A DNA stretch of 64,000 nt from Coriobacteriia bacterium (GTDB lineage: Bacteria > Actinomycetota > Coriobacteriia > Anaerosomatales > PALSA-660): contig DATCIG010000068.1 in the NCBI GenBank assembly GCA_036507895.1, positions 11,046-75,045 on the forward strand. The letters run 5' to 3'. Below are positions 1-9,120 of the stretch, one piece after another; within the stretch, counting starts at the first letter, position 1, and every line of letters begins with the position of its first letter. The notes under the pieces were generated by a model, which worked only from the letters and a program-made list of their open reading frames with translations, searched no databases and was not told where the DNA came from. The translations under genes and the position numbers were made by a program.

Positions 1-809
1 TCGGTGAAGACCGAGTCTGGCGGGAGTGCGGGAGAATGCCCGTGTGCGATCTCCCGCGGCGCGAAGTCGGCGACCGGTAGACCGAGAGCGATGATCGGAT
101 CGGCGAAGAGTCCGGCGATGCGGTCTTCTCGAGCCGCTACCGCGACCTCTTCGAGATCGTGGGCGGCATCGAGGCTCAGATTGCCGCTGGCGGTGCGGCG
201 CAGCGCGCTCAGGTGTGCGGCGCTCCGGGCGGCCCGTCCCAGGTCGCGTGCGAGCGCGCGTACATACGTGCCCTTCGAGACGCGGTAGCGTACATCCCAG
301 GTGCGGGCGTCGGCGTCGATGGCCGTGAGTTCCGCCTCGAATACCTCGATAGGGCGGTCCGCGAGAACCAGCTCCTCACCAGCTCGCGCTGCACGATGGG
401 AGACGCGTCCTCCGACCTTGATCGCCGAGTAAGCGGGAGGGGTCTGAAGTGAGGCGCCGAGCGATGCACGTATGAGTCCCTCGGCATGAGCGGCGTCGAA
501 GAGTCCCGCGGGAGTGTCCGCGGAGCGCGTCGCGGTTCCTTCGGCGTCGTCGGTGTCCATCTCCGTACCGAACGCGATACGAGCTTCGTACGACTTCTCG
601 GCTCCCGAAAGATACGGGGCGAGCCGTGCGTAGGGACCGACAAGGACGACGAGCAGTCCGGTGGCCATCGGATCGAGGGTCCCCGCGTGGCCTACGCGTC
701 CCTCCCCTGTCGCCCGTCGGACCGCGGCGACGACGTCATGGCTCGTCATTCCTGCGGGCTTGTCGACGAGCAGGATGCCGGAGAGCGAGGTGATGCCGCG
801 GCGACTCAC
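1..809 (-). CDS. truB: tRNA pseudouridine(55) synthase TruB, N-terminal ~269 codons (3' end lies outside the window)
   Basis: Absent from the ORF track because it runs off the window edge. My minus-strand translation from GTG at 809 (GTGA overlap with the upstream stop at 806-808) reads VSRRGITSLSGILLVDKPAGMTSHDVVAAVRRATGEGRVGHAGTLDPMATGLLVV..., the TruB catalytic core. The frame stays open to position 1. The position after rbfA/nrnA fits the conserved nusA-infB-rbfA-truB order. Confidence 0.85.
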   Translation of the reverse strand, partial: MSRRGITSLSGILLVDKPAGMTSHDVVAAVRRATGEGRVGHAGTLDPMATGLLVVLVGPYARLAPYLSGAEKSYEARIAFGTEMDTDDAEGTATRSADTPAGLFDAAHAEGLIRASLGASLQTPPAYSAIKVGGRVSHRAARAGEELVLADRPIEVFEAELTAIDADARTWDVRYRVSKGTYVRALARDLGRAARSAAHLSALRRTASGNLSLDAAHDLEEVAVAAREDRIAGLFADPIIALGLPVADFAPREIAHGHSPALPPDSVFT

Positions 810-1783
810 GCCGCGCCTCCGGGGAGAAGGGCGAGCACCTCGGCAATGGCATCGTCCAGGGGGACGCTCAGCGTCGCTCCCGCGGCGGCGAAGTGGCCTC
901 CGCCGCCGAACGAGCGGGCGATCGCCCCGACGTCGAGTGTGGGGCACTTGGCGCGAAGCGAGACCTTGACCCCTGCCGTCTCCTGCTTGAAGACCACCAC
1001 CGCGTCCACCCGTCCCGTCTGGCGGACGATGTCGACGATGTTCTCCGTCTCCTCGGGAAGCGCGCCGGTCTCGGCCAGGTCCGTGTCCGTGATCCAGGAG
1101 TAGACCACGCGGTTCTTGTTGGCCAGCGTTATGCGGGACAGGACGCGGCCGAGCAACGCCAGCGCCGGGGGCGTCCGTGATTCGTACACCTTCGTGTACG
1201 AGCGGCGGGCGTTGGCTCCGGCTTCGATCATGTCGGCTGCATCGCGCAGCGCGCGTGGCGTGGTGTTGCCATACGAGAAGCGACCGGTGTCGGTCATCAG
1301 TGCGGCGTACGAGGCGGCGGCGATGGCGGGCGTCGCCTCAGCGCCGAGCTCGGGGAGCAACCGCCACACGATGGACGCCGTCGACGACGCGTCGGCATCC
1401 ACGAGATTCAGCGCCCCGAAGCAGGCATCGTCCGAGTGATGGTCGATCACGATCACACGACCGGCAGCGCGCGCGAGCGGTTCCGCCGTCCCGAGACGTG
1501 CCCAGGTGGGCGTGTCGAGAGCGACGAAGACGTCCGGCGGCGTCAGTTCCGACGAAGGTCGGTAGAACTCGAAACCCTCGAGGAACGAGTAGGTAGAAGG
1601 AGCCTCATGCGCATCCGCCAGGGTGGGAACAGCTTCGATCCCTATCTGACGGAGAGCCAGCGTCAGCGCGAGAACGGAACCAACGGCGTCCCCATCGGGG
1701 TTGACGTGAGCGCAGACCACGACCGACCCGGCGCCCAGCAGCGCCTCGGCCACCGTGCGTTCCGTTGTGATCGCGTCAGACAT
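806..1783 (-). CDS. nrnA: DHH/DHHA1 family phosphoesterase (NrnA-like oligoribonuclease/pAp phosphatase)
   Basis: ORF 806..1852. DHH region VVVCAHVNPDGDAVGS, DHH-type IVIDHHSDD and C-terminal GGGGH (DHHA1). Start trimmed to ATG 1783 (MSDAITTERT), which overlaps the rbfA stop by 8 nt. The upstream ORF part is Arg-rich read-through. Confidence 0.8.
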   Translation of the reverse strand: MSDAITTERTVAEALLGAGSVVVCAHVNPDGDAVGSVLALTLALRQIGIEAVPTLADAHEAPSTYSFLEGFEFYRPSSELTPPDVFVALDTPTWARLGTAEPLARAAGRVIVIDHHSDDACFGALNLVDADASSTASIVWRLLPELGAEATPAIAAASYAALMTDTGRFSYGNTTPRALRDAADMIEAGANARRSYTKVYESRTPPALALLGRVLSRITLANKNRVVYSWITDTDLAETGALPEETENIVDIVRQTGRVDAVVVFKQETAGVKVSLRAKCPTLDVGAIARSFGGGGHFAAAGATLSVPLDDAIAEVLALLPGGAA

Positions 1784-2180
1784 CTTCACCGGTCTCTGTC
1801 TCTTCGGTGGTCTCGACCGACTCCTCCGGGACTCGCCCGGCCTCGCGCTCACGCCGGATGGCGTTGCTTATCCGGGTCGCCTCTTCGATGGCGGGGTCGA
1901 GCTTGAACGTGATCTCCGGGGAGTAGCGTAGGCGTACCCGGCTACCCAGCAGCGACCGGACGCGTCCGGTCGCTGCCTTGAGTCCCTCGAGGGCCACTTC
2001 GGCGTCATCTGTCTCACGCGTGGTGACATAGACCGTTCCGTAGCGCATATCGGGGCTGAGTTCGACCCCTGTGATCGTGATGAAGTCGACTCGCGGATCC
2101 GAGATCTCCTCGAGCAGGATGCGTGCGACGAGTTCCCGCACCGTTTCTGCCATGGCGCGGGCTCGCGGATAGGAACGCAT
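1776..2180 (-). CDS. rbfA: ribosome-binding factor A
   Basis: ORF 1776..2276. Start trimmed to ATG 2180 (MRSYPRARAMAETVRELVARILLEEISDPRV, typical RbfA N-terminus), preceded by GGAGGAG. Lies directly downstream of infB. Confidence 0.9.
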   Translation of the reverse strand: MRSYPRARAMAETVRELVARILLEEISDPRVDFITITGVELSPDMRYGTVYVTTRETDDAEVALEGLKAATGRVRSLLGSRVRLRYSPEITFKLDPAIEEATRISNAIRREREAGRVPEESVETTEETETGEDV

Positions 2181-2185
2181 GGTTG

Positions 2186-4597
2186 TTACTCCTCCCGGGC
2201 GACTGAGACCTTCTTGTAGGTCTCGAGGACGTCGCCCTCCTTGAGGTCCTGGAAGTTCTCCAGCGCGAGACCGCATTCATAGCCGACCTTGACGGACTTC
2301 ACGTCCTCTTTGAACCTGCGTAGCGAGTGGATGGTGCCGTCGAGGATGATCGTGCCCTGACGAACGACACGCACGAGGTCGTCGCGGTGGACTTCGCCCT
2401 CGGTCACGTAGCAGCCTGCGATGACCCCCAGCTTCGGGACGCGGAAGAGTTCGCGCACCTCGATGACCGCGGTCTCCTGCTCCTCGATCGTGGGCTTGAG
2501 CATGCCGATGCGCGCTGCGTTGATGTCCTCGATGATCTTGTAGATGATGCGGTAGAGGCGCATGTCGACCTTGGAGACCTCTGCGAGTGCCTTCGCCTTC
2601 GGCTCAGGTCGCACGTTGAAGCCGATGATGATCGCATCCGAAGCGTCGGCAAGCATGACATCGGTCTCCGTGATGGCGCCGACGCCGCTGTGGATGATGG
2701 GGATCTCCACCTCGGTCTGGTCCAACTTGGCCAGCGAGTCCTTCAGCGCTTCGATGGAGCCCTGCGTGTCGGCCTTCACGACCAGCTTGACCTCTGCGTG
2801 GCCTTCCTGGATCCGTTCGAACAGGTCGTCGAGCGACATGTGCGACTTGGCCGTCTCCTGCGCCATGAGGCGCTTCTTCAGGTCGCGCTCCTCAGCGATG
2901 GCGCGGGCCTGCTTGTCGTCCGGCATGACCTTGAAGTCGTCACCGGCGGACGGCACGGAGTTGAGTCCGAGGATCTCTACCGGATCGGCAGGCTTCGCCG
3001 TATGGACATGTTTGCCCTTGGAGTCGACCAGGGCGCGCACGCGTCCGTGGGCCGTGCCGACCACGATCGCATCGCCCACCTTGAGCGTGCCCCGCTGGAC
3101 GAGAACGGTAGCGACAGGGCCGCGACCGCGGTCGAGGTTCCCTTCGACGACGACGCCGCGGGCGGGAGCGGTCGGATTCGACTTGAGCTCCTGGACTTCC
3201 GCGACGAGCAGGATCATCTCGAGCAGCTCTTCGATGCCGAGGTGCTTCTTGGCCGATACCTCCACGAAGGGGGTGTCGCCGCCCCACGCCTCAGCGATGA
3301 GGCCGCGCTCGCCGAGCTCGGTGCGCACCCGCTCCGGGTTTGCACCATCCTTGTCGATCTTGTTGACCGCGACGATGATCGGCACCCCGGCCGCGCGAGC
3401 GTGGTCCAGGGCCTCGACGGTCTGCGGCATGACGGAGTCGTCGGCCGCCACCACGAGGATGACGATGTCGGTCATGTTGGCACCGCGGGCACGCATGGCG
3501 GTGAACGCCTCGTGGCCTGGTGTGTCGATGAAGGTGATCTGCTTGCCGTTCTTGACGACGACCGACGCGCCGATGTGCTGGGTGATGCCGCCGGCTTCGG
3601 TCGCGGTGACGCCCGTGGAGCGGATGGCGTCGAGCAGTGAGGTCTTGCCGTGGTCGACGTGACCCATGACCGTGACCACCGGCGGACGCTCCTTGAGGTC
3701 CTTGGGATCGTCATCGAACACCTCGACGGGTTCTTCGCCCGGCTTCACGATGTCGACGAGCAGTTCGTACTGCTCTCCGAGGGTCTCCAGCATCTGCGAG
3801 GAGAGCGCCTGGTTGACCGTGAATGCCTGTCCCATCACGAACAGTTTCTTGATGACGTCACCTGAGGGCACGCCGATGGCGTTGGCGAACTGCGCAACAG
3901 TCGAGCCCTCCTCGAGGGTAAGGACACCGTCGAGGACAGGCTGAACGTTCTGCTGGCCGCGGCTGCGCGGGCCTTCTTCGCGGTTCTCGCGGCCTCCGGG
4001 CTTCTTGCCCTTCTTGCCCTTCTTGCCACCGTAACCGGGCGCGCCCAGTGCTGCAGCGGCCTTGGCGACCTCGACGACCGACTGGACCACCGGCGGCGTC
4101 GCGGCTTCGGCCTGCACGGCCATCTGCTTGTAGCGCTCGCGCTCTTCGACCTCGCGGGCGGCTTCTTCCTCGCGACGCTTCACCTCTGCCTCGTGGCGCA
4201 GGCGCTCGGCCTCACGTTCGGCCTCCTTGCGCTTGCGGTCCTCCTCGGCTTCGGCCTTGCGGCGAGCTTCTTCCTCGGCACGGGCCGCAGCCTCTGCCTC
4301 AGCGAGCTCGGCCTCGTGCGACTGGCGGCGCACTTCTTCTTCGGCTGCGAGTGTCGCGGCTTCGGCGGCTGCGCGTTCGGCCTCGATGGCCTCGAGGCGA
4401 TGCTGCTCGGCCTCCATCGCCATGTGGCGCTCGGCGATCTCGGGTCCGAGGTTCTTGCGGATCTTGTCGACGTACGCCTCCACCAGCGTGGATGCGTGGT
4501 TCTTCGCCGGGATCTTCATAGCCTGTATACGCTCAAGGAGCTCCTGGGAGGTCATCCCGAACTCCTTGGCGAGTTCATGTACTCGCATGCTGGGCAC
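2186..4597 (-). CDS. infB: translation initiation factor IF-2
   Basis: 803-aa ORF. N-terminal [10 protein letters not shown], a charged Glu/Ala/Arg/Lys linker, then the GTPase domain [29 protein letters not shown] 4597 abuts the ylxR stop (TAA 4598-4600); ATG 4588 is an alternative start. Confidence 0.95.
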   Translation of the reverse strand: MPSMRVHELAKEFGMTSQELLERIQAMKIPAKNHASTLVEAYVDKIRKNLGPEIAERHMAMEAEQHRLEAIEAERAAAEAATLAAEEEVRRQSHEAELAEAEAAARAEEEARRKAEAEEDRKRKEAEREAERLRHEAEVKRREEEAAREVEERERYKQMAVQAEAATPPVVQSVVEVAKAAAALGAPGYGGKKGKKGKKPGGRENREEGPRSRGQQNVQPVLDGVLTLEEGSTVAQFANAIGVPSGDVIKKLFVMGQAFTVNQALSSQMLETLGEQYELLVDIVKPGEEPVEVFDDDPKDLKERPPVVTVMGHVDHGKTSLLDAIRSTGVTATEAGGITQHIGASVVVKNGKQITFIDTPGHEAFTAMRARGANMTDIVILVVAADDSVMPQTVEALDHARAAGVPIIVAVNKIDKDGANPERVRTELGERGLIAEAWGGDTPFVEVSAKKHLGIEELLEMILLVAEVQELKSNPTAPARGVVVEGNLDRGRGPVATVLVQRGTLKVGDAIVVGTAHGRVRALVDSKGKHVHTAKPADPVEILGLNSVPSAGDDFKVMPDDKQARAIAEERDLKKRLMAQETAKSHMSLDDLFERIQEGHAEVKLVVKADTQGSIEALKDSLAKLDQTEVEIPIIHSGVGAITETDVMLADASDAIIIGFNVRPEPKAKALAEVSKVDMRLYRIIYKIIEDINAARIGMLKPTIEEQETAVIEVRELFRVPKLGVIAGCYVTEGEVHRDDLVRVVRQGTIILDGTIHSLRRFKEDVKSVKVGYECGLALENFQDLKEGDVLETYKKVSVAREE

Positions 4598-4906
4598 TTA
4601 CGCGTCACCATCCTCGTGGACGAGCGCGACTCGAGTCTCGAGTACACGCTCGAATTCCGCCCTCAGGCGGCCAATGTCATCCTCGTTCACGTTCGTCCGC
4701 AACGCGGAAGCGATCCTGCGCTTGCGGATCGCGGCCTCGAAACACTCGAGGTTGGTGTGGACGTAGGCCCCACGCCCGTTCACCTTGCCGGTAGGGTCGA
4801 CCTCGACCGCGCCGTCAGGCATCCGGACAAAGCGCACGACCTGGCGCTTGTCCTCGCTCGTACCGCACCCGATGCAGGTGCGGATGGCAGGCTTGCGGGG
4901 CCGCAT
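4598..4906 (-). CDS. ylxR: YlxR/DUF448 family RNA-binding protein
   Basis: 102 aa. RTCIGCG...RFV...DPTGKVNGRGAYV is the YlxR signature. Sits in the conserved slot between nusA and infB. Confidence 0.85.
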   Translation of the reverse strand: MRPRKPAIRTCIGCGTSEDKRQVVRFVRMPDGAVEVDPTGKVNGRGAYVHTNLECFEAAIRKRRIASALRTNVNEDDIGRLRAEFERVLETRVALVHEDGDA

Positions 4907-4909
4907 GGG

Positions 4910-6052
4910 TTACTTGACCGCCTCCTTGTCGTGCAGGGAGCAGAACGTCGAGCCGGGCTTCGCGCGGTTGCGGCAGCGTATGCCGTTGCCGGTGACGGCG
5001 CAGCAGCGCCCGTCGCCTTCCACGTGGTCGCCGGCGGGTCCTGTCGAGCTGACCGCTTCGCTCATTCCTGCCGAAACGGCCTGGGACTGGCTCTTGATGT
5101 CGATACGCCACCCGGTGAGCTTCGCGGCAAGGCGTGCGTTCTGGCCTTCCTTGCCGATGGCCAGAGAGAGCTGGTCGTCGGGGACGATCACGGTCGCAGA
5201 GCGCTCGGCCTCGTGGACCAGCACCTTGGACACCTTCGCCGGTGACAGTGCGTTGGCGACGAACTGCGCGGGATCATCGCTCCACGGCACGACGTCGATC
5301 CGCTCGCCACGGAGCTCGCCGACGACCATACGGACGCGGCTGCCCTTCGGGCCCACGCAGGCGCCCACGGGGTCGAGTCCGGGCTCGCGGCTCGAGACGG
5401 CGATCTTGCTGCGCAGCCCCGGCTCGCGGGCGACGTTCTTGATCTCGACGATCCCATCGTAGATCTCGGGGACCTCGAGCTCGAACAGGCGCTTCAGCAG
5501 GCCGGGATGGGTGCGCGACACGACGATGGAAGGCTCCTTCGTCGTCTTGCGGACCTCGATGATGTAGGCCTTGATGCGCTGATTGTGGTCGTAGCGCTCG
5601 GTCGAGGGCTGCTCGCTCGGGGGCAGAAGCGCCTCGACGCCTTCACGCAGTTTGATGAGCGTGTAGCGCGCGTCCGACTGCTGCACGGTGCCGGTCACGG
5701 CGTCGCCGACCCGGTCCTGGTATTCGTCGAAGATCTGCTCGCGCTCGGCATCGCGGATCATGCCGATGATGACGCTCTTCGCGGCCTGGGCGGCCGTACG
5801 GGAGACGTCCGGAGGCGTGACGTCGTGGTCCTCGAAGACGGGCTCCTCTTCGGTGCCGCCTACCGGGACCAGCTCGAAGACCGTGATCCGGCCCGTCTCG
5901 CGGTCGAGCTCGACCCTCGTCTCGTTCTCGAGGTCGAGGATCTTGCGATAGGTCGCGGCCAATGAGGACTCGAGCCGGTCGAGCATCGCGTACTCGTCGA
6001 TGTTCTTCTCACGTGCGAGCGCTTTCAGCGCATCCATCAGCTCAGAGGCCAT
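4910..6052 (-). CDS. nusA: transcription termination/antitermination factor NusA, with an extra Cys-rich C-terminal tail
   Basis: ORF 4910..6139 trimmed to ATG 6052 (MASELMDALKALAREKNI) behind AAAGGGA. Has S1 and two KH modules (LSLAIGKEGQNARLAAKLTGWRIDIKS). The last ~60 aa are a linker plus RCCAVTGNGIRCRNRAKPGSTFCSLH. Confidence 0.95.
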   Translation of the reverse strand: MASELMDALKALAREKNIDEYAMLDRLESSLAATYRKILDLENETRVELDRETGRITVFELVPVGGTEEEPVFEDHDVTPPDVSRTAAQAAKSVIIGMIRDAEREQIFDEYQDRVGDAVTGTVQQSDARYTLIKLREGVEALLPPSEQPSTERYDHNQRIKAYIIEVRKTTKEPSIVVSRTHPGLLKRLFELEVPEIYDGIVEIKNVAREPGLRSKIAVSSREPGLDPVGACVGPKGSRVRMVVGELRGERIDVVPWSDDPAQFVANALSPAKVSKVLVHEAERSATVIVPDDQLSLAIGKEGQNARLAAKLTGWRIDIKSQSQAVSAGMSEAVSSTGPAGDHVEGDGRCCAVTGNGIRCRNRAKPGSTFCSLHDKEAVK

Positions 6053-6536
6053 CGTCAGCCGTCCCTTTCTTGCCGAAGTCGATCCGGGCCTGCAGTCGTG
6101 CCTTCTTAACGTCGCCATACGGGATGCGGACCTCTGCATCCGCCGTGTCCAGCACGATCACATCGTCCTCGACTGCCCGTATGGTCCCGGTGAAGTGCTT
6201 CTGTTCGTCGATCTCGTGCGATGTTGAGATCTTTGCCTCGGAGCCCGCGAATCGCACGAAGTCTGCGAGCTTGACCAGCGGTCGATCGATACCCGGAGAG
6301 GAGACTTCCAGCAGGTACCCCGCCTCGTACTCCTTCAGCCCATCGAGCAACTCTTTGATCCAGTGGCTCGCTTCGGCGATCTGGTCGATCGTGATGCCGC
6401 CCTCGTGGTCGAGGTAGACACACACCAGGGGGCTGCCGTGCCCTCCCTGGACCTCCACGAGGACCAATTCATATCCATGTTCCGACGCTACCCGGTCGAG
6501 AAGGCCCGTCAGGCGGCTAGCAGGATTGTTTCCCAT
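6042..6536 (-). CDS. rimP: ribosome maturation factor RimP
   Basis: 164 aa with the SSPGIDRPL motif. Strong GGAGG RBS. Overlaps the nusA start by 11 nt. Confidence 0.9.
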   Translation of the reverse strand: MGNNPASRLTGLLDRVASEHGYELVLVEVQGGHGSPLVCVYLDHEGGITIDQIAEASHWIKELLDGLKEYEAGYLLEVSSPGIDRPLVKLADFVRFAGSEAKISTSHEIDEQKHFTGTIRAVEDDVIVLDTADAEVRIPYGDVKKARLQARIDFGKKGTADDGL

Positions 6537-6550
6537 CCGGTACCTCCTTC

Positions 6551-6582
6551 CACAACAAAAGAAGCGGGGGTCAGCCCACTTC
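6551..6582 (-). terminator. leader hairpin plus U-tract between the promoter and the rimP RBS (candidate attenuator)
   Basis: The minus-strand RNA forms GAAGUGGG-CUGACC-CCCGCUUC (8 bp including one G.U), followed by UUUUGUUGUGG and then AAGGAGG. The same stem on the plus strand has a C.A mismatch, so it is strand-specific. Confidence 0.4.
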
Positions 6583-6614
6583 TCGCACGTCGATCGGTTT
6601 CCTTGCGAGTCAGG

Positions 6615-6623
6615 ATTCTAGCA
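6615..6623 (-). promoter_or_regulatory. extended -10 element TGCTAGAAT, candidate promoter of rimP-nusA-ylxR-infB
   Basis: The minus strand reads cccctgTGCTAGAATcctgac, about 80 nt upstream of the rimP ATG and just downstream of the proS terminator hairpin. The -35 is weak. Confidence 0.4.
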
Positions 6624-6647
6624 CAGGGGCGCAGCACGAAGGAAGTA

Positions 6648-6680
6648 CAGCACCCCCTCGCATGATGCTCGGGGGTGCTG
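6648..6680 (-). terminator. intrinsic terminator-like hairpin after proS
   Basis: 10-bp GC-rich stem (CAGCACCCCC / GGGGGUGCUG) with a 13-nt loop, 27 nt past the proS stop. Followed on the minus strand by UACUUCCUUCGU. Confidence 0.55.
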
Positions 6681-6706
6681 TCGCAGCATATGGGGGCTGC
6701 CTCCGG

Positions 6707-8485
6707 TCAGGCGGTCGGATGCACCGTGAGCGGAGCCAGTGCCGTTTTGGCTGCGGCGATCGCGGCGACCACGTAGGCGACCGCTTCATCGAGCGGCACG
6801 GTGACGCGCTCGCCGCTCGCCCGGTCCTTGACCTCGACGACACCCTCGGCCAGCCCGCGCTTGCCGACCACCACCTGCAGCGGCCAGCCGATCAGGTCAG
6901 CGTCGTTGAATTTGACACCCGCGCGCTCGTCGCGATCGTCAAGAAGCGTTTCGACTCCCGCCTCGGCGAGTTCGCGCCAGATGCGCTCCCCCGCTTCGAA
7001 GACCTCGCCATCGGCCGTGAGCGGCAGGACCGCGACCTCGAGGGGGGCGACGGTGACGGGCCAGGCGACGCCCGCCTCGTCGTGCCGCTGCTCGATGACG
7101 GCTGCGAGCGAGCGGGAGACCCCCACGCCGTAGCAGCCCATGAGGAATGGCTTGTCCACACCGTCCTCGTCCGAGAACGTGGCACCCATGGCCACGGAGT
7201 AGCGCGTGCCGAGCTGGAAGACCTGGCTCACCTCGATGCCGCGGGCGCCCTTGAGCCTGGCGCCGCACTCACTGCAGCAGTCGCCGGGCTCGGCCACGAC
7301 GAGGTCTGCCCACTGCGCGATCTGGAAGTCGCGGCCGGGCTGCGCGTCGATGATGTGATAGTCGTTCTCGTTGGCGCCGACGCCCCACGTCGGGTCGTTC
7401 TCGAGCGAGCGGTCGGCGATGACCAGTGTGTCCGCCGGCGGGGCGATCGGTCCGAGAGACCCCTTCGGGACCCCATAGGCCGCGAAATCCTCTTCGTCGA
7501 GCAGCACCGCGCCGGGGACCGCCCACGTCGCCTTCACGGGGTTCAGCTCCCTGTCGCCCGGTACGCAGAAGTAGACGAGGGAGCCGTCTTCGGTCTTGGC
7601 GGCCATCGTCTTGACCGTCTGGCGTTCCGAGACGCCAAGGAACCCGGCGAGTTCCGCGATGGTGCGGATACCCGGGGTGTGCACGCGACGCATGGGCTTC
7701 GGTCCGTCGCTCGACGGGCGCCGCTTAACGACGGTCGATGCCGCTTCGACGTTTGCGGCATACCCGCATTCGCAGTAGACGAGCGCGGCTTCTCCCGACT
7801 CGGCCAACGCCATGAACTCGGTGGTGACCTTGCCGCCGATCTGACCCGACTCGGCCTCGACCGGACGGAACGCCAGTCCGAGCCGTTCGCAGATCCGCGC
7901 GTAGGCGCGGCTCATCGCGTCGTAGTGTTCCTGGAGCGACTCCTGGGTCGCGTGGAACGAGTAGGCGTCCTTCATGATGAACTCGCGTCCGCGGAGTAGT
8001 CCGAAGCGCGGGCGCACCTCGTCCCGGAACTTGACCTGGATCTGGTAGACGGACAGCGGCAACTCGCGGTACGACCGCACCTCGTGGCGCACGAGCGACG
8101 TGACGAGTTCCTCGTGCGTGGGGCCGAGGCAGAACTCGCGGCCGTGACGGTCCTTGAGCCGCATCAGCTCGGGTCCGTACAGCTCCCAACGCCCGGACTC
8201 CTGCCACAGCTCGGAGGGCTGGATCGCCGGCATCAGCATCTCCTGCGAGCCGATCGCATCCATCTCCTCGCGTACGATCTGCTCGATCTTGTGGAGACTG
8301 CGCCACCCCAGCGGCAGATAGGAGTACACGCCCGCGGCGGCCTTGCGGATCATGCCCGCACGAAGGAGGATCCTATGCGAAGGCAGTTCCGCCTCGGCGG
8401 GGACTTCCTTCAACGTTGGGGCGTACAGCGAGCTCATGCGCAGTGCGACGCTCATGGCAGGTCTCGTCTCATCGTGTGCCGTCAT
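6707..8485 (-). CDS. proS: proline--tRNA ligase (bacterial type with editing insertion)
   Basis: 592-aa ORF with LYAPTLKEVPAEAELPSHRILLRAGMIRK, FRDEVRPRFGLLRGREF (class II motif 2) and a C-terminal anticodon-binding domain. The true start may be an internal Met at 8455 or 8437. Confidence 0.95.
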   Translation of the reverse strand: MTAHDETRPAMSVALRMSSLYAPTLKEVPAEAELPSHRILLRAGMIRKAAAGVYSYLPLGWRSLHKIEQIVREEMDAIGSQEMLMPAIQPSELWQESGRWELYGPELMRLKDRHGREFCLGPTHEELVTSLVRHEVRSYRELPLSVYQIQVKFRDEVRPRFGLLRGREFIMKDAYSFHATQESLQEHYDAMSRAYARICERLGLAFRPVEAESGQIGGKVTTEFMALAESGEAALVYCECGYAANVEAASTVVKRRPSSDGPKPMRRVHTPGIRTIAELAGFLGVSERQTVKTMAAKTEDGSLVYFCVPGDRELNPVKATWAVPGAVLLDEEDFAAYGVPKGSLGPIAPPADTLVIADRSLENDPTWGVGANENDYHIIDAQPGRDFQIAQWADLVVAEPGDCCSECGARLKGARGIEVSQVFQLGTRYSVAMGATFSDEDGVDKPFLMGCYGVGVSRSLAAVIEQRHDEAGVAWPVTVAPLEVAVLPLTADGEVFEAGERIWRELAEAGVETLLDDRDERAGVKFNDADLIGWPLQVVVGKRGLAEGVVEVKDRASGERVTVPLDEAVAYVVAAIAAAKTALAPLTVHPTA

Positions 8486-8494
8486 CTTGATGCG

Positions 8495-8528
8495 ACGGCC
8501 GACCGCGTTTTGTGGGGCGGCCGGCCGT
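8495..8528 (-). terminator. GC-rich 12-bp hairpin between the Rossmann mini-protein gene and proS
   Basis: ACGGCCGGCCGC-CCCACAAAAC-GCGGUCGGCCGU on the minus strand (one G.U pair). No U-tract follows, so it may be only a weak terminator or a processing/stability element. Confidence 0.35.
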
Positions 8529-8553
8529 TGTGGTGCGAGGCGAAGCGTGATGT

Positions 8554-8943
8554 CTAACCGACACCCACGTCGTCGGGGTGGACGGACGCCACGAGCTCGT
8601 CGGCATCGGTGACCATCGTCATCACAAGGCGCGCGATCAGGTCGTGCATGATGATCGTGTGCCGGTTGCCCTCTTTGATGAAGGCGTCCTTCAGGCGGCG
8701 CTTGACCGTCGCATCGCCGGAGACCTCGATCAGCAGGTCGATCTTGTGGCCGTTGGTGGCGAACACCATCGCGTCGTCGGTGAAGAATATGTCGTTCGTC
8801 TTGGCGAGGCGTGCTCCCAGGCTGTCGGCGTCGACGTCGGCGATACCGACGATCTTCACGTAGGACCGCTTCAAGAGGTCTTCGATGAGCGGCGCGCCCG
8901 TGCGTCCGCCGCCGACGATCGCGATCCTGACTATGTCACCCAT
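8554..8943 (-). CDS. small stand-alone NAD(P)-binding Rossmann-like protein (aspartate/homoserine-dehydrogenase N-terminal-type fold), function unknown
   Basis: ORF 8554..8982 trimmed to ATG 8943 behind GGGGGAG. Begins MGDIVRIAIVGGGRTGAPLIEDLL (GxGxxG dinucleotide fold). Only 129 aa, with no catalytic domain attached. Confidence 0.7.
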   Translation of the reverse strand: MGDIVRIAIVGGGRTGAPLIEDLLKRSYVKIVGIADVDADSLGARLAKTNDIFFTDDAMVFATNGHKIDLLIEVSGDATVKRRLKDAFIKEGNRHTIIMHDLIARLVMTMVTDADELVASVHPDDVGVG

Positions 8944-9064
8944 GGCTGCTCCCCCGTCTCGCCCGCGCGCACGCGGTCCCATATGCGTTTCTCATCCGCC
9001 TCATGTCACGATAGATCGCTTCAGGCGGCCTCGATTGCCAAGGATACCGCATACGCGAACACGC

Positions 9065-9098
9065 GAACGAGCCGGAGAGTCTCCTCTCCGGCTCGTTC
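9065..9098 (-). terminator. perfect 15-bp hairpin after the usp gene
   Basis: GAACGAGCCGGAGAG-UCUC-CUCUCCGGCUCGUUC, 23 nt past the usp stop. A perfect palindrome, so it can fold on either strand. The U-tract is poor (GCGUGUUCGCG). Confidence 0.6.
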
Positions 9099-9120
9099 CT
9101 GCAAGCGATGTGACCCGCTT

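Noticed and set aside
3990-4450. Repetitive GAG/GCG/CGC/AAG-rich DNA that looks like tandem repeats. Similar stretches occur at 30310..30500 and 19810..19960.
   Set aside because: These are in-frame low-complexity coding segments: the IF-2 charged linker [34 protein letters not shown], and the Ala/Lys/Glu tails of S16 and S2. They have no spacer/repeat periodicity, so they are neither CRISPR nor satellite repeats.
8486-8553. The hairpin-containing spacer upstream of proS as a possible T-box or proline-responsive attenuator.
   Set aside because: It is only 68 nt, with no T-box consensus or specifier-loop architecture and no leader peptide with Pro codons. It is most simply a stem-loop following the upstream gene.
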